Shown: positions 1 through 10,149, counted from the first letter of the stretch. The stretch is 64,000 bases of DNA from an uncultured Acidimicrobiia bacterium (GCA_964195235.1 CAXMOW010000006.1:4477-68476); one strand, 5' to 3'. Notes: generated by a model not told the origin, from the letters alone. A program made the numbers and translations.

Positions 1-29
1 AAAAATAGACAATAAAGGAGAAGAAATTC

Positions 30-1169
30 ATGAAGCGACTATTGGGAATTATCGTGGTGCTGGCCCTTGTGGTGGCCGCATGCGGTGGCTCGGAGACGGA
101 CGTTCAAGGATTGGCCGACGGCTGCGAGGTGGGCGAAACCGATGGCGACCTAAACCTGTACAACTGGACGGCGTATTTACCGACCGGGCTGGATGCGGAA
201 GATGCCGGTGTCGTCGACTTCATCGTTGAGTTCGAGGACCGTTATCCCGACGTCAACGTCGTGTATACGCAATACGACTCGAATGAGGCGATGCTGGCAC
301 AGGTCGACGCCGGAGCCTCATATGACCTTGTCGTTCCATCGGACTACATGGTCTCGATCATGAAAGGGTCCGACCTGTTGGTGAAGCTCAATCACGACGC
401 CATTCCCGGGATGGCCAACCTCGACCCGTCCTTTAGCGACCCAGGCTACGACGCGGGCAACGAGTACTCGGTTCCCTACCAGTGGGGGACCACGGGGATC
501 GGCTTCAACTATGACTACCTGGACGACAGCGAAGGAATGTCATGGGCTGTGATCTTCGAGCCGGATGAGAACGCGGAGTATCTGGGCAGGATTTCCTTCC
601 TGGACGACACTCGAGAAACCCTGGGCGCTGCCCTCAAGTATCTCGGCTACTCACTCAACACCACCAACCAGGACGAGCTCGACGAGGCATCCGCCCTGAT
701 CAAGGCGGCCAAGGACGACATCGCCGCCTTCGACTCGAGCAGCTATTGGACGCTGCTGACAAATGGTGACACCCATGTCGCCATGGGTTGGAACGGCGAC
801 TTCCTGGCAGAGTACGACGGTATCTCAACCGACGACTTCGACGCCTATGAGCAGTACGGGTATGCGATACCAACAGAGGGCGCGGCGGCCTGGGTTGACA
901 CGATGGCGATCCCGACCACGGCTGAACATCCGTGCACGGCACATGCGTTCATGGACATGGTGCTCGAGCCTTTCATGGGCGGCGAGTTGACCAACTACAA
1001 CTACTACGCAAGCCCGAACCTTGCAGCAGAAGAGTTCATCTATGAGGACATCCTCACCTGGGAAGCGGTCTATCCGTCTGAGGAGACGATGGCTTCGCTT
1101 GAGTTCTTCGAGGACTTAGGTGACTTCGAGATCAACTACGCAGACGCTTTCGCTGCGGCCAAGAGTTGA
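30..1169 (+). CDS. Spermidine/putrescine ABC transporter substrate-binding lipoprotein (PotD/PotF family)
   Basis: Lipobox VAAC; LNLYNW..Y, YDSNE, YDLVVPSDYMV, PYQWGTTGI, W.GD, P.EG...W.D motifs; SD AAGGAG upstream. Confidence 0.9.
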   Translation: MKRLLGIIVVLALVVAACGGSETDVQGLADGCEVGETDGDLNLYNWTAYLPTGLDAEDAGVVDFIVEFEDRYPDVNVVYTQYDSNEAMLAQVDAGASYDLVVPSDYMVSIMKGSDLLVKLNHDAIPGMANLDPSFSDPGYDAGNEYSVPYQWGTTGIGFNYDYLDDSEGMSWAVIFEPDENAEYLGRISFLDDTRETLGAALKYLGYSLNTTNQDELDEASALIKAAKDDIAAFDSSSYWTLLTNGDTHVAMGWNGDFLAEYDGISTDDFDAYEQYGYAIPTEGAAAWVDTMAIPTTAEHPCTAHAFMDMVLEPFMGGELTNYNYYASPNLAAEEFIYEDILTWEAVYPSEETMASLEFFEDLGDFEINYADAFAAAKS

Positions 1170-1203
1170 CGTCCTAAGGGACTCAAGTCCCGATCGATAG
1201 AAG

Positions 1204-1232
1204 GAAGGGGCCGGTCAACGACCGGCCCCTTC
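1204..1232. terminator. Perfect 13-bp stem hairpin between convergent genes (probable bidirectional terminator)
   Basis: GAAGGGGCCGGTC-AAC-GACCGGCCCCTTC between stops at 1169 and 1239. Confidence 0.8.
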
Positions 1233-1238
1233 TATTGG

Positions 1239-2441
1239 TCAGACTCTGTTCTCCGTCAGGTAGTGGCTAAGCCGACCGGCGGCGGCCTGGCCGGATTCGA
1301 TCGCACCGTCGATAGACCCGGATCCGAGGGTGTGCTCACCAGCAAAAACCAGCTTTCCGGTTTGTTCAAACACCTCGAGGAAGACTTCGTCACCGGGAGC
1401 CAAGGCGGAGTAGCAACCCTGCGACCACTCCTCCTTCCCCCAGTCGATGAACTCGGGTGCATCGATGAGGCCAACTTCCGGAAGTGCTGTGCCTATCTGA
1501 TCCGGCCAGTCGTTCCGTACTGCGGAGATGGCTGATTTCGTGCCCGCAAACGCAGTCACGGTTTTTCTCGCTGCCGCACTTTCGCCGGCGCCCGTCCAAC
1601 ACCACCAGGTGGCATCTCTATGCTGCAAGGCAACCAGCGGAGGCTCGACTTCCGTGGGCAAGGCGAGTTTCGCTGCTGTGCCCATGGTCAACTTTTTCAA
1701 TGAATCCAACATCACATCATTGAGAGGTGGTTCGAATCGAAGCCGAGAAATCAGAGGAAGTGGAACAGCGACAACAGCAGCTTCGGCTTCGAACAAGTGA
1801 CCACCGCTTGCAACGGACACGCCTGAGTCGATCGCAGTGATGCCTTCTATCGGATGTCCGAGACGTACGTCAATCAATCGATCTGCAATCGCCTCTGCAA
1901 GAGCTTGGTTGCCGCCTTCGACCCTCAAATAGGTCGTTTCACCGAGTCCAAAGTCGCCAACAACCTCAGAGACCCCGATCCGATTGGCAGCGACTCCCGC
2001 CGAGCCTTCTATCCGGTTTCTCAGCACCTTGAACGCATCTGATCCATCATCGACCCGTTCGAACAGATCGGCGGCAGTCATGGCGCCCTCTTCGTCGTCC
2101 GACAGGTCTGCGATTGCCTGGTTCACGAGCGACGCCACTCGGCGATGTTCTGCACCAGAGATCGGCCCCGACCCGGCGAGATCTCGTCTTGAAAAGTCGA
2201 CGCCGACCGCGCTCATCGGCACTCCAAGTTCTTCGGCGAGGTTGAGGGCGAAGAGTTGGTCGACACTGATCCACTCTCCACCCAGTTCAGCCAACTCACC
2301 GTTGGCCAGCGTCACAGAGTGAACACGACCGCCGACTCTTTCGCGGGCCTCGAAAACAGCAACCTCGTGACCGTCTTGATTCAATCGCAGGGCGGCCGTC
2401 AGACCGGCGAAACCCGCCCCCACAACAGCGATTTGCGCCAC
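1239..2441 (-). CDS. Flavin monoamine oxidase family protein
   Basis: IAVVGAGFAGL FAD motif, EARERVGGR, ELGGEW, C-terminal FAGEHT..GSIDGAIESG; start moved to GTG 2441 just after upstream stop. Confidence 0.88.
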   Translation of the reverse strand: MAQIAVVGAGFAGLTAALRLNQDGHEVAVFEARERVGGRVHSVTLANGELAELGGEWISVDQLFALNLAEELGVPMSAVGVDFSRRDLAGSGPISGAEHRRVASLVNQAIADLSDDEEGAMTAADLFERVDDGSDAFKVLRNRIEGSAGVAANRIGVSEVVGDFGLGETTYLRVEGGNQALAEAIADRLIDVRLGHPIEGITAIDSGVSVASGGHLFEAEAAVVAVPLPLISRLRFEPPLNDVMLDSLKKLTMGTAAKLALPTEVEPPLVALQHRDATWWCWTGAGESAAARKTVTAFAGTKSAISAVRNDWPDQIGTALPEVGLIDAPEFIDWGKEEWSQGCYSALAPGDEVFLEVFEQTGKLVFAGEHTLGSGSIDGAIESGQAAAGRLSHYLTENRV

Positions 2442-2445
2442 CTGT

Positions 2446-4047
2446 CTAGCTGCTCCTGGAGAGATCGCCGAGAATCTGGGTGGCAGCAAGTCTGCCCGGC
2501 CCGCCCATCACACACCCGCCGGGATGGGTACCGGAGCCGCATTGGTAGTACCCCGAGATAGGCGTCCGATATTGATTCCAACCCGGGGCTGGTCGGAAGA
2601 GAAACATCTGGGGTGCGAGAAATTCCCCTCCGTAGATGTTGCCTTCGGTCAAACCGGTCCTCCGTTCGATGTCGAGCGGGGTCACGACCTCACGATGCAA
2701 GACGAGATCGCCGAATCCGGGAAAGAACCTCTCGATTGTCGCTTGGACAACGTCCCCAAGGTTCTCTCGTTCCGTGTCCCAATCACTCCCCTTCAACTCA
2801 TATGGGGTGTACTGAACGAAGTTCGACATCACATGTTTGCCGGCAGGCGCCATGTCACGATCAATCGTTGATTGAACACACGAGTCGAGATACGGCTGTT
2901 GTGAGAACCATCCATATTTTGCATCATCGAAGGCCCGTTCCAGGTAGTCGATAGTGGGGCCCATGTTGATGAATCCCCGAAACGGATCCTCTCCGCGATC
3001 GGCCAACGCAGGAAAGTTGGGAAGACCGTCCAGGGCGAAATTCACCTTTGATGAAGTGCCTTGAAAACGCATCCTCTCAATGGAGTCGACTAGCTCAGTT
3101 GGAAGTTCCCTGGGTTCGACAAGCTGCAAGAACGTTCGTCGTGGATCAAGCGAGCTGACAACGACGTCGGCATCGATCTCCCTTCCATCTTTGAGGGCGA
3201 TTCCCGTCGTCTTGCCATTACTCGTGATCACATGGGACACATCCGTCCCTGTCGCAATCTCGGCACCAAACCCGGCAGCGGCCCTGGCAAGCACCTGAGT
3301 GAACCCCCCGGTGCCCCCCTTGTGAAAGGACCATGCTCCCTGATCCCCGTCATGCTCTCCGATGGACATGTAGAGCATGACAAGCCCGGATCCCTGTGAC
3401 CTCGGACCTACCTTCGATCCGATGATTCCGGCACTCGCGATTGCGGCTTTGAGGATCTCGCTTTCGAAATAGTCATCGAGAAAATCGGCCGCACTGCCGG
3501 TGAGAAGACGCATTCCGTTTTGGAGCACTCGCGGAGGCAGGCTCCGAACATGCTGGGCGAGGGCTGCCATCCGCAACAACTCCTCGGGGTCGGTACTTGT
3601 GACGTCGGGAGGGATGGCGTCAAGAAGCGGGCGAACCGCCTGAACCACCATCGCCACATCATGAGAAAACTGCTCAAAGGCGTCGGCGTCGTGTTTGGAA
3701 TGACGTCTGATTTCCGCGATATTCTGTTGTTCGTCCTGACCGAAGAGGAGATAGTCACCGTTCTCCATAGGAGTCAGATTTGATTCCATCAGGAGCGGCA
3801 TAAACCCGTACTTCACCAGTTCGAGCTCCTGGACAATCTGCGGTCGGAGTTGGCTGAGCGCATATGAGAAAGTGGTGAACTGAAAACCCGGGTACAGCTC
3901 CTCGGTGATCGCAGCGCCCCCCACGATTTCGTGTCGCTCGAGGATCAGTGTCCGCAGACCGGCCTTGGCAAGATATGCACCGTTGATCAGACCGTTGTGC
4001 CCACCACCGATGACGACGGCGTCGTATTCGCTTTGCTGTTTGCTCAT
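2446..4047 (-). CDS. Phytoene-dehydrogenase-like FAD-dependent oxidoreductase (COG1233)
   Basis: VIGGGHNGL..AYLAKAG, TPLDIER, GSGTHPGG.V.G.PG; start MSKQQ at 4047 after GAGGA. Confidence 0.85.
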   Translation of the reverse strand: MSKQQSEYDAVVIGGGHNGLINGAYLAKAGLRTLILERHEIVGGAAITEELYPGFQFTTFSYALSQLRPQIVQELELVKYGFMPLLMESNLTPMENGDYLLFGQDEQQNIAEIRRHSKHDADAFEQFSHDVAMVVQAVRPLLDAIPPDVTSTDPEELLRMAALAQHVRSLPPRVLQNGMRLLTGSAADFLDDYFESEILKAAIASAGIIGSKVGPRSQGSGLVMLYMSIGEHDGDQGAWSFHKGGTGGFTQVLARAAAGFGAEIATGTDVSHVITSNGKTTGIALKDGREIDADVVVSSLDPRRTFLQLVEPRELPTELVDSIERMRFQGTSSKVNFALDGLPNFPALADRGEDPFRGFINMGPTIDYLERAFDDAKYGWFSQQPYLDSCVQSTIDRDMAPAGKHVMSNFVQYTPYELKGSDWDTERENLGDVVQATIERFFPGFGDLVLHREVVTPLDIERRTGLTEGNIYGGEFLAPQMFLFRPAPGWNQYRTPISGYYQCGSGTHPGGCVMGGPGRLAATQILGDLSRSS

Positions 4048-4057
4048 ATCGAAATCC

Positions 4058-5251
4058 TCACGCAGTCCTGTGGGCTGGGTCATAGAACGGCATCTTGGTG
4101 ACTACAGCCTTGATGTAGTGGAGCACATGATCGATCGTTACCTCGAAGTCGACCTCACTTCCGAGAGCGGAGAACTCCGGTAGGACCTGGGCGATGGCGA
4201 TGTGACGTTGCGCCATCGGGGAGTACATGAAACTGGTGGCGAAACCGGCTCGCTTCTGCTCCTTGTCGAATAGGGGTATTTCTTCAGCAACTGGTGTGTG
4301 ATCCTTTGGCGGCACGTGACCAGCCTGCGAGTAGTGCTCGTCCCAATCCGCCCAGTCAATGGTCAAGCCGACAAGCCGCCTTCGACCACTCCCATCGAGG
4401 TCTCGCCGGATCGCCTCACGACCAATAAATGGACGCTGGGTTTTGCCGATGTCTTTGAACATCCACCGAAGCCCGAGTTCGCCAGGTGTTGAACTTGCAC
4501 CATCGGTCCACGCATATCGACTCGATCCGAAGTCAGCGCCAATCAACAGCAGTCCGGCTTCCAGTCGAGTCATAACTAGGGCCGTTTCCCCAAATGGCAT
4601 TAGCCCGTGGTCGACACCAATTTCGAACCGGCCGTCCCCGACGTCGAGTGCGTCTTCGGAGTCGACCCAAAGTTCGTAGCCGAGATCCCCGGTGAACCCA
4701 GTCCGGGAAACCGCGATCGGTGACCCGTTGAACTTCGTCTCAATCACATCGAAGGGTCGAAGCTCGGCGATTTCGGGGGCAATTGTCGAGAGGATGGCCT
4801 TGGACCGAGGCCCCTGAAGGGCCAGAGAAGCTAGATCTTCGGAAACGTCTTCGACTTCGACCGAGGCACGGCCAATGAGGTCCTGAAAGTATGCGGCGTT
4901 CGGCTCGGCAGCGGTGAGCATGAACTCACTTTCGGAGGTGCGAAAAAGCATTCCGTCTTCGATGACATAACCGTCGTCGTCGCACCAGATCGTGTACTGG
5001 GCTTTACCTGGCTTGCATGTCCGAACATCGCGTGCGAGAACACCGGCCAGGAAGGATTCCGCGTCTCTGCCGTGGATCCGGTATTTGTACAACGGCGATG
5101 TGTCATAAACACCAGCGGCAGTGCGGACGGCGAAGTACTCGAGTTTTTCCGAGAGGTGGTATTGCCTCGCCGACAGATAACCAGCCCAGTGGTCCCAAAG
5201 ACCGGTTCGATTCAAGACGTTGGTCCGGTCATAGAACGGTGTAGTTCGCAT
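4058..5251 (-). CDS. Aminomethyltransferase (GcvT/DmdA/LigM-like) folate-binding protein
   Basis: TTPFY, D.SPL.K..I.G.DA..FL, DG.VIEDG, LALQGP.S, SRTGFTGDLGYELW, RLEAG, PFYDP. Confidence 0.88.
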   Translation of the reverse strand: MRTTPFYDRTNVLNRTGLWDHWAGYLSARQYHLSEKLEYFAVRTAAGVYDTSPLYKYRIHGRDAESFLAGVLARDVRTCKPGKAQYTIWCDDDGYVIEDGMLFRTSESEFMLTAAEPNAAYFQDLIGRASVEVEDVSEDLASLALQGPRSKAILSTIAPEIAELRPFDVIETKFNGSPIAVSRTGFTGDLGYELWVDSEDALDVGDGRFEIGVDHGLMPFGETALVMTRLEAGLLLIGADFGSSRYAWTDGASSTPGELGLRWMFKDIGKTQRPFIGREAIRRDLDGSGRRRLVGLTIDWADWDEHYSQAGHVPPKDHTPVAEEIPLFDKEQKRAGFATSFMYSPMAQRHIAIAQVLPEFSALGSEVDFEVTIDHVLHYIKAVVTKMPFYDPAHRTA

Positions 5252-5288
5252 GTGATTCGGTCTCGGCAGGGAAGCGACACGCTATTCA

Positions 5289-5310
5289 CTATTGGACGTA
5301 CGCGCAATAG
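5289..5310. promoter_or_regulatory. Imperfect palindrome, probable operator of the adjacent TetR
   Basis: CTATTG-GA-CGTACG-CG-CAATAG (18/22 self-complementary) in the 75-bp divergent gap. Confidence 0.6.
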
Positions 5311-5326
5311 AGTTGTTACCAGTGAT

Positions 5327-5947
5327 ATGACGCGAATGGACCCAAACGTGAGACGACAGAAGATCGTCGAGGCTGCGCAGGCTGTGGCAACCCGAAAGGG
5401 CTTGTCGGCAACCACCGTGCGCGATGTGGCCGAGGAGATGGGGACCTCGAGTGGGTTGATCCACCACTACTTCGCGTCGATGGATCAACTACTAGCGGTC
5501 GTCTTCGACAAGGTGGCAGAGGCGGATCTGTCAGCGACCCGCAAGAGGATGGAAGTAGCCACGTCACCGACAGGGAGGCTCGCCGCATACTTCGCGGCTT
5601 GGGGTGACCCCGACAACGACGAAACCTTCCAATTCTGGCTTGACGCTTGGTCTGAAGCTGGACGAAACGATGCGGTTCGAGAAAGATCACGCGATCTCAA
5701 CATCGAATGGCAGGAACTGCTTTCAGAAGTGATTCGCCAGGGAATCGAGACCGGGGAGTTCAGCGACACCGAAGTTGATGCGGCGGCATGGAAAGCGCTC
5801 TCGCTTCTCGATGGACTGACCCTTCAGGTGGTTGCGCATCCGACGGTCATAGAGCGTGGAAAAGCGGTGAAGTGGGCGGCGAGTGGCATCGAGAATGATC
5901 TCGGACTCCCTCCAGGTGCCCTTGCCGACGCCATGCAGGATGCCTGA
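5327..5947 (+). CDS. TetR family regulator (BetI-like C-terminal domain)
   Basis: RRQKIVEAA..V..RKGL..TTVRDVA.E.GTSSGLIHHYF HTH; C-terminal LDGL; start at ATG 5327. Confidence 0.9.
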   Translation: MTRMDPNVRRQKIVEAAQAVATRKGLSATTVRDVAEEMGTSSGLIHHYFASMDQLLAVVFDKVAEADLSATRKRMEVATSPTGRLAAYFAAWGDPDNDETFQFWLDAWSEAGRNDAVRERSRDLNIEWQELLSEVIRQGIETGEFSDTEVDAAAWKALSLLDGLTLQVVAHPTVIERGKAVKWAASGIENDLGLPPGALADAMQDA

Positions 5948-5974
5948 TTTCCGCAGCTTGTGCTGATGCGAAAC

Positions 5975-6583
5975 TCATCCGGCTCGAATTGAAAGCGTGT
6001 CACCTGGCCCTATGTGGACAGGGTCCGGGCCGGGAATGCCCACGACATATCCGCGAACACCATTTCGTAGCTTCTCCCGCTCGGATTTGACCTCCCGAGC
6101 GCTGGCTGTCGGGCGGGATGTCACGAATCGAGTGAACTCGACACATGGTTCGAGGAATTCGGGCTTCGACATGTCAATCGTGCCATCGCTGGTTTGAAGA
6201 CGGAGTCCTCCGGAGATGTCTTCGAGTTTGATCATTTGATCAGTCGCCACGATCACGTTCTCTCCAGCGATCCCAAGCTGGGTCTGACCCCAAAGGGTTG
6301 ACATGTGGTCATAGTGAGTCGTGAACCCGAAAGACAAAGTGTCCTCCGCATGCCAGTACTGGGCGGCTGGGTGATGTCGATGGTGTCGATCGACAATCCA
6401 CGCTCCATCCGAGTGCCCGAAGACACCATCTGGAGTAAGTCTCAGGGTGTCGACCGGGACCAGCATGCTGGTTTCATAGCTGCCCCCTCCCGTCATCACT
6501 CCAGTCTGGATCTGGATGAGGACGACTTCCCCGATCTGTTTCCAATCTCCCAACCATTCAGCTCCTCGTTGCGGTCGCCGCAT
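5975..6583 (-). CDS. Hypothetical protein, MOSC-like fold
   Basis: GIAGENVIV, PC..F, RG and I.PGD motifs resemble MOSC; start uncertain. Confidence 0.5.
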   Translation of the reverse strand: MRRPQRGAEWLGDWKQIGEVVLIQIQTGVMTGGGSYETSMLVPVDTLRLTPDGVFGHSDGAWIVDRHHRHHPAAQYWHAEDTLSFGFTTHYDHMSTLWGQTQLGIAGENVIVATDQMIKLEDISGGLRLQTSDGTIDMSKPEFLEPCVEFTRFVTSRPTASAREVKSEREKLRNGVRGYVVGIPGPDPVHIGPGDTLSIRAG

Positions 6584-6635
6584 GGTACGACGAGTAGGAG
6601 GCCGCAGCTGACGCTCAGCATGCGACAATCTGTTG

Positions 6636-7028
6636 ATGCATCAACTGGTCCGTGAGTTGGTCGAACTCGCTCTTCCAATCGGGGACTGGGCGCTGTTTGG
6701 CAGTGGGCCCCTGCTGATGCGGGGATGGATTGATGAGGTCGGCGACATCGACATCATCTCGCGAGGTCGAGCATGGGAACAAGCTCAGACTCTTGGGACT
6801 CGTCTGGAACTCATCGACGGCCCTCTGATCTACGAGATCGGGGAAGGGATCACCGTCGGCAGCAGTTGGGCTTATGGCAATTTCTCGATCGATGACCTGA
6901 TCGATACCTCTGAGATCATCGACGGTATCCCATGTGTGCGGCTCAAATATGTGGTTGCCTTCAAGGAGATCGCCGATCGTCCCAAAGATCGGGACCATCT
7001 AGCCTCAATCAGCGCGTTGACCCTATGA
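6636..7028 (+). CDS. Small nucleotidyltransferase-fold hypothetical protein
   Basis: ALFGSGPL...G......DIDII and C-terminal K....RPKD; ATGA overlap with thrC. Confidence 0.55.
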   Translation: MHQLVRELVELALPIGDWALFGSGPLLMRGWIDEVGDIDIISRGRAWEQAQTLGTRLELIDGPLIYEIGEGITVGSSWAYGNFSIDDLIDTSEIIDGIPCVRLKYVVAFKEIADRPKDRDHLASISALTL

Positions 7029-8212
7029 GATACGTCTCAACCCGCGGGCAGGAGAAACGTCTGAACTTCACGGAAGCCCTGGTGGGCGGTTTGGCCTCAG
7101 ACGGAGGGCTTCTAGTTCCTGATTCACTCCCGACTCTTCCCCCAAGTTGGGCTAAATGGTCTTATCAGGAGGCGATGGCTGGCTCACTCGAGCTATTTGG
7201 TGCCCAGAACGTGGACGAACTGGTCGCCTCGGCAGCATCACGGTTCAACCACTCCGACATCGCACCGATTGTTGACGTGAGCGACCGGCTGGTGTTCGAG
7301 TTGTTCTGGGGACCGACGCTCTCTTTCAAGGATCACGCCCTGCAGATTGTGGCTCGATTGTTGGATCGTGAGGTCGAACGCGGGACGATTTTGGGAGCCA
7401 CCAGTGGCGATACGGGCTCGGCCGCCATTGAAGCCGTTAGGGGATCAGAGAGCCTCGACATCGTGATCCTCTTTCCTGAAGGGAGGGTTTCCGATTTCCA
7501 ACGCCGGCAGATGACCACAGTCTCCGACGCCAATGTGACGGTGGTCGCAGTCCGTGGCACCTTCGATGATTGCCAGGCTTTGGTGAAGGAAATGTTCGGC
7601 AAATATGACCTTCTCGCCATCAACTCGATCAACTGGGCCCGGATCGCCGCCCAGGTTGGCTACTACATTTTTGCCGGATCTCGAATCGGGGAGGCGTTTG
7701 ATCTCGTGGTACCCACCGGGAACTTTGGCAACGCTTATTCAGCGTGGACCGCCAAACAGATGGGTGTGCCCATTGAGACCATCACCATCGCCAACAATGC
7801 CAATCACGCTCTGGCAGACCGGATCACTGAAGGCACTCTGAGTCCCTCAGATGTGGTAGCCACTCTCGCCCCTTCGATGGATATCCAGATCCCATCAAAT
7901 CTCGAACGGTTCACCGGCAATCCCTCCACTGAGTTCGTCACTGGTTGGTCGACCGACGGTCAGATCATTGAGACCATCGCCGAAGTCCAAACAGACCATG
8001 GTTACGCGCTTGACCCTCACACCGCCACGGCTTGGCGCGCTGGATACCTCACAAAAACTGATAGGCCGCAACTGGTCGCTGCCACCGCCCATCCGGCGAA
8101 GTTCAGCACCGAAATCGCTCAGCCACACGGCTACCCAGATCTAGCGCTGCTTCCCGAGAGGGTTGTCACTATCGAGAACGATCCTTCAGACTTGGAGTCC
8201 CTGATCCGATGA
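7025..8212 (+). CDS. thrC: Threonine synthase
   Basis: MRYVSTRG, GLA.DGGL.VP, ELF.GPTLSFKD (PLP Lys), ATSGDTG, NSINWARI, VPTGNFGN, DPHTA, TAHPAKF. Confidence 0.95.
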   Translation: MRYVSTRGQEKRLNFTEALVGGLASDGGLLVPDSLPTLPPSWAKWSYQEAMAGSLELFGAQNVDELVASAASRFNHSDIAPIVDVSDRLVFELFWGPTLSFKDHALQIVARLLDREVERGTILGATSGDTGSAAIEAVRGSESLDIVILFPEGRVSDFQRRQMTTVSDANVTVVAVRGTFDDCQALVKEMFGKYDLLAINSINWARIAAQVGYYIFAGSRIGEAFDLVVPTGNFGNAYSAWTAKQMGVPIETITIANNANHALADRITEGTLSPSDVVATLAPSMDIQIPSNLERFTGNPSTEFVTGWSTDGQIIETIAEVQTDHGYALDPHTATAWRAGYLTKTDRPQLVAATAHPAKFSTEIAQPHGYPDLALLPERVVTIENDPSDLESLIR

Positions 8213-8375
8213 AGTTGGTAGTAGCTGCTTTGCGCACGAATGTGCATCGGCTACGATGACATCAGCTGCCAGGCCAAGGGACCTGCAGCGATCCACCCGC
8301 AACCGCCGATCGAGGCGCGTTCCAATTTCGTGCTGTTGCGAAGTTTCCCGATCCGTTTGAAACCCCCAACGGGGG

Positions 8376-9839
8376 ATGAGTACGAAGGATCCAATGACCA
8401 CACGAGCTCAACTCCAGAGCAAGTCAATCGATGAGCTGAGGCAGATCGCCGAAGTAGCGGAAGTCGACGCAGACGGTCTTCAGAAGTCAAAGCTGATCAC
8501 CGCTCTCATGGACTCCGGCAACGTCCCAGAGACGTCCGTCGAACCCGACGTTGACCTGCCCAGGGCAACACCGCGCACCGAAAGGCCTGAGCAAAGCAAT
8601 TCGTCCGGGGCGGGCAAGCCAGCAGGCAGCGACAGACCCCAGCGTGACGCGCAGCGTGATGGCCAGGGCAACCGCAACCGCAACCGTCGCCGTCGCGACG
8701 AAGAGCAGATCCCCGAGGGTGATCTAGAAGTGCGCGAAGGCATCATCGACATTCTCCCCGAGGGTTACGGCTTTCTCAGAGTCACCGGCTACAAGTCGGG
8801 CGAAAAAGACGTCTACGTGTCTGCCAACCAGGTGCGTAAATTCCGACTCCGCAAGGGAGATATCGTCTCGGGTCCGATTCGCCCGCCACGTTCCAAGGAG
8901 AAATTCCCGGCTGCCGTCCGCATCGAGAAGGTCAACGGCATGGACCCCGACGACGCGATGCAACGCCCCAAGTTTGAGAACCTCACCCCGTTGTTCCCCG
9001 ACGAACGGTTACGTCTCGAGGTCGAAGGCAAGTCCGACAACGCTTTGACTCGGATTATCGACTTGATCGCCCCCATCGGCAAAGGCCAGCGCGGACTGAT
9101 CGTTTCACCATCGAAAGCCGGCAAGACAACGGTCCTCCAGGAAATCGCCCAGTCGATCACGGACAACAATCCCGAGTGCTACCTCATGGTTGTTCTTGTC
9201 GATGAGCGCCCTGAAGAGGTCACTGACATGCAACGCTCGGTCAAGGGTGAAGTCATCTACTCGACATTCGACCGTCCCGCTGAGGAGCACACTCAGGTGT
9301 CAGAGCTGGCGGTAGAACGTGCGAAGCGGCTGGTGGAGATTGGTACCGACGTAGTAATCATTCTCGACTCGATCACCCGTCTTGCCCGTGCCCACAACTT
9401 GGCGACGCCGGCCTCGGGTCGGATTCTCTCTGGTGGCGTCGACTCTCAGGCGCTCTACCCGCCGAAGCGTTTCTTCGGTGCTGCACGGAACCTCGAAGAA
9501 GGTGGCTCACTGACCATCATTGCCACCGCCCTCATCGAGACCGGTTCCAAGATGGACGACGTCATTTTCGAAGAGTTCAAGGGCACCGGAAACATGGAGC
9601 TCCGTCTCGACCGCAAACTGGCCGACAAGCGCATCTATCCGGCCGTCGACATCGAAGCTTCGGGAACAAGGAAAGAGGAGTTGCTGTTCGATCGGGCAGA
9701 ACTGACTCAGGTCTGGAAGCTTCGTAGAGTGCTACTCGCGCTCGAGCCGGGCGCAGCCCTTGAGTTGCTGATTGACAGACTCAAGACAACCAAGTCCAAC
9801 GCTGAGTTCCTCGCCGAAGTGGCGAAGACCAGCGGTTGA
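8376..9839 (+). CDS. rho: Transcription termination factor Rho, with actinobacterial-type N-terminal insertion
   Basis: [55 protein letters not shown]; start 8376 or 8394. Confidence 0.98.
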   Translation: MSTKDPMTTRAQLQSKSIDELRQIAEVAEVDADGLQKSKLITALMDSGNVPETSVEPDVDLPRATPRTERPEQSNSSGAGKPAGSDRPQRDAQRDGQGNRNRNRRRRDEEQIPEGDLEVREGIIDILPEGYGFLRVTGYKSGEKDVYVSANQVRKFRLRKGDIVSGPIRPPRSKEKFPAAVRIEKVNGMDPDDAMQRPKFENLTPLFPDERLRLEVEGKSDNALTRIIDLIAPIGKGQRGLIVSPSKAGKTTVLQEIAQSITDNNPECYLMVVLVDERPEEVTDMQRSVKGEVIYSTFDRPAEEHTQVSELAVERAKRLVEIGTDVVIILDSITRLARAHNLATPASGRILSGGVDSQALYPPKRFFGAARNLEEGGSLTIIATALIETGSKMDDVIFEEFKGTGNMELRLDRKLADKRIYPAVDIEASGTRKEELLFDRAELTQVWKLRRVLLALEPGAALELLIDRLKTTKSNAEFLAEVAKTSG

Positions 9840-9867
9840 CAACCACTTTCTTCAGAGGGAGACAGGC

Positions 9868-10149
9868 GTGAAGACCGAAATTCACCCAACTTACGACACC
9901 ACTTTTGTCACCTGCTCATGCGGGAACACGTTCGAGACTCGCACCACCAAACCTGGTGACATGCATATCGAGCTTTGCAACGAGTGCCACCCGTTCTTCA
10001 CGGGCAAGCAGAAGCTCGTCGACTCTGGTGGTCGGGTCGAACGCTTCCAGAGACGCTACGGCAAGGATACGTTCACCAAGGCCGGAAACGTGGCCAGTGA
10101 AGGCCCGTCACAGGATGGAACAGGGGCAGAGGCCGCTGACGCAGAGTGA
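9868..10149 (+). CDS. rpmE: 50S ribosomal protein L31 (Zn-binding form)
   Basis: VKTEIHPTY...V.CSCGN...C.ECHPFFTGKQK.VD.GGRVERF; GTG start after GAGGGAG. Confidence 0.97.
   Translation: MKTEIHPTYDTTFVTCSCGNTFETRTTKPGDMHIELCNECHPFFTGKQKLVDSGGRVERFQRRYGKDTFTKAGNVASEGPSQDGTGAEAADAE

Noticed and set aside
4628-4640. Odd VGDGRF where GcvT-like proteins usually have VWD.LF
   Set aside because: GGG/GGC/CGG codons look like clustered T-to-G miscalls on the minus strand; treated as a possible quality issue, not biology. Reads would settle it.
8213-8375. Long rho leader with a CCCCC-AAC-GGGGG hairpin as a possible riboswitch
   Set aside because: No recognisable riboswitch motif; consistent with a promoter (TTGCGC/TACGAT) and a normal rho leader.
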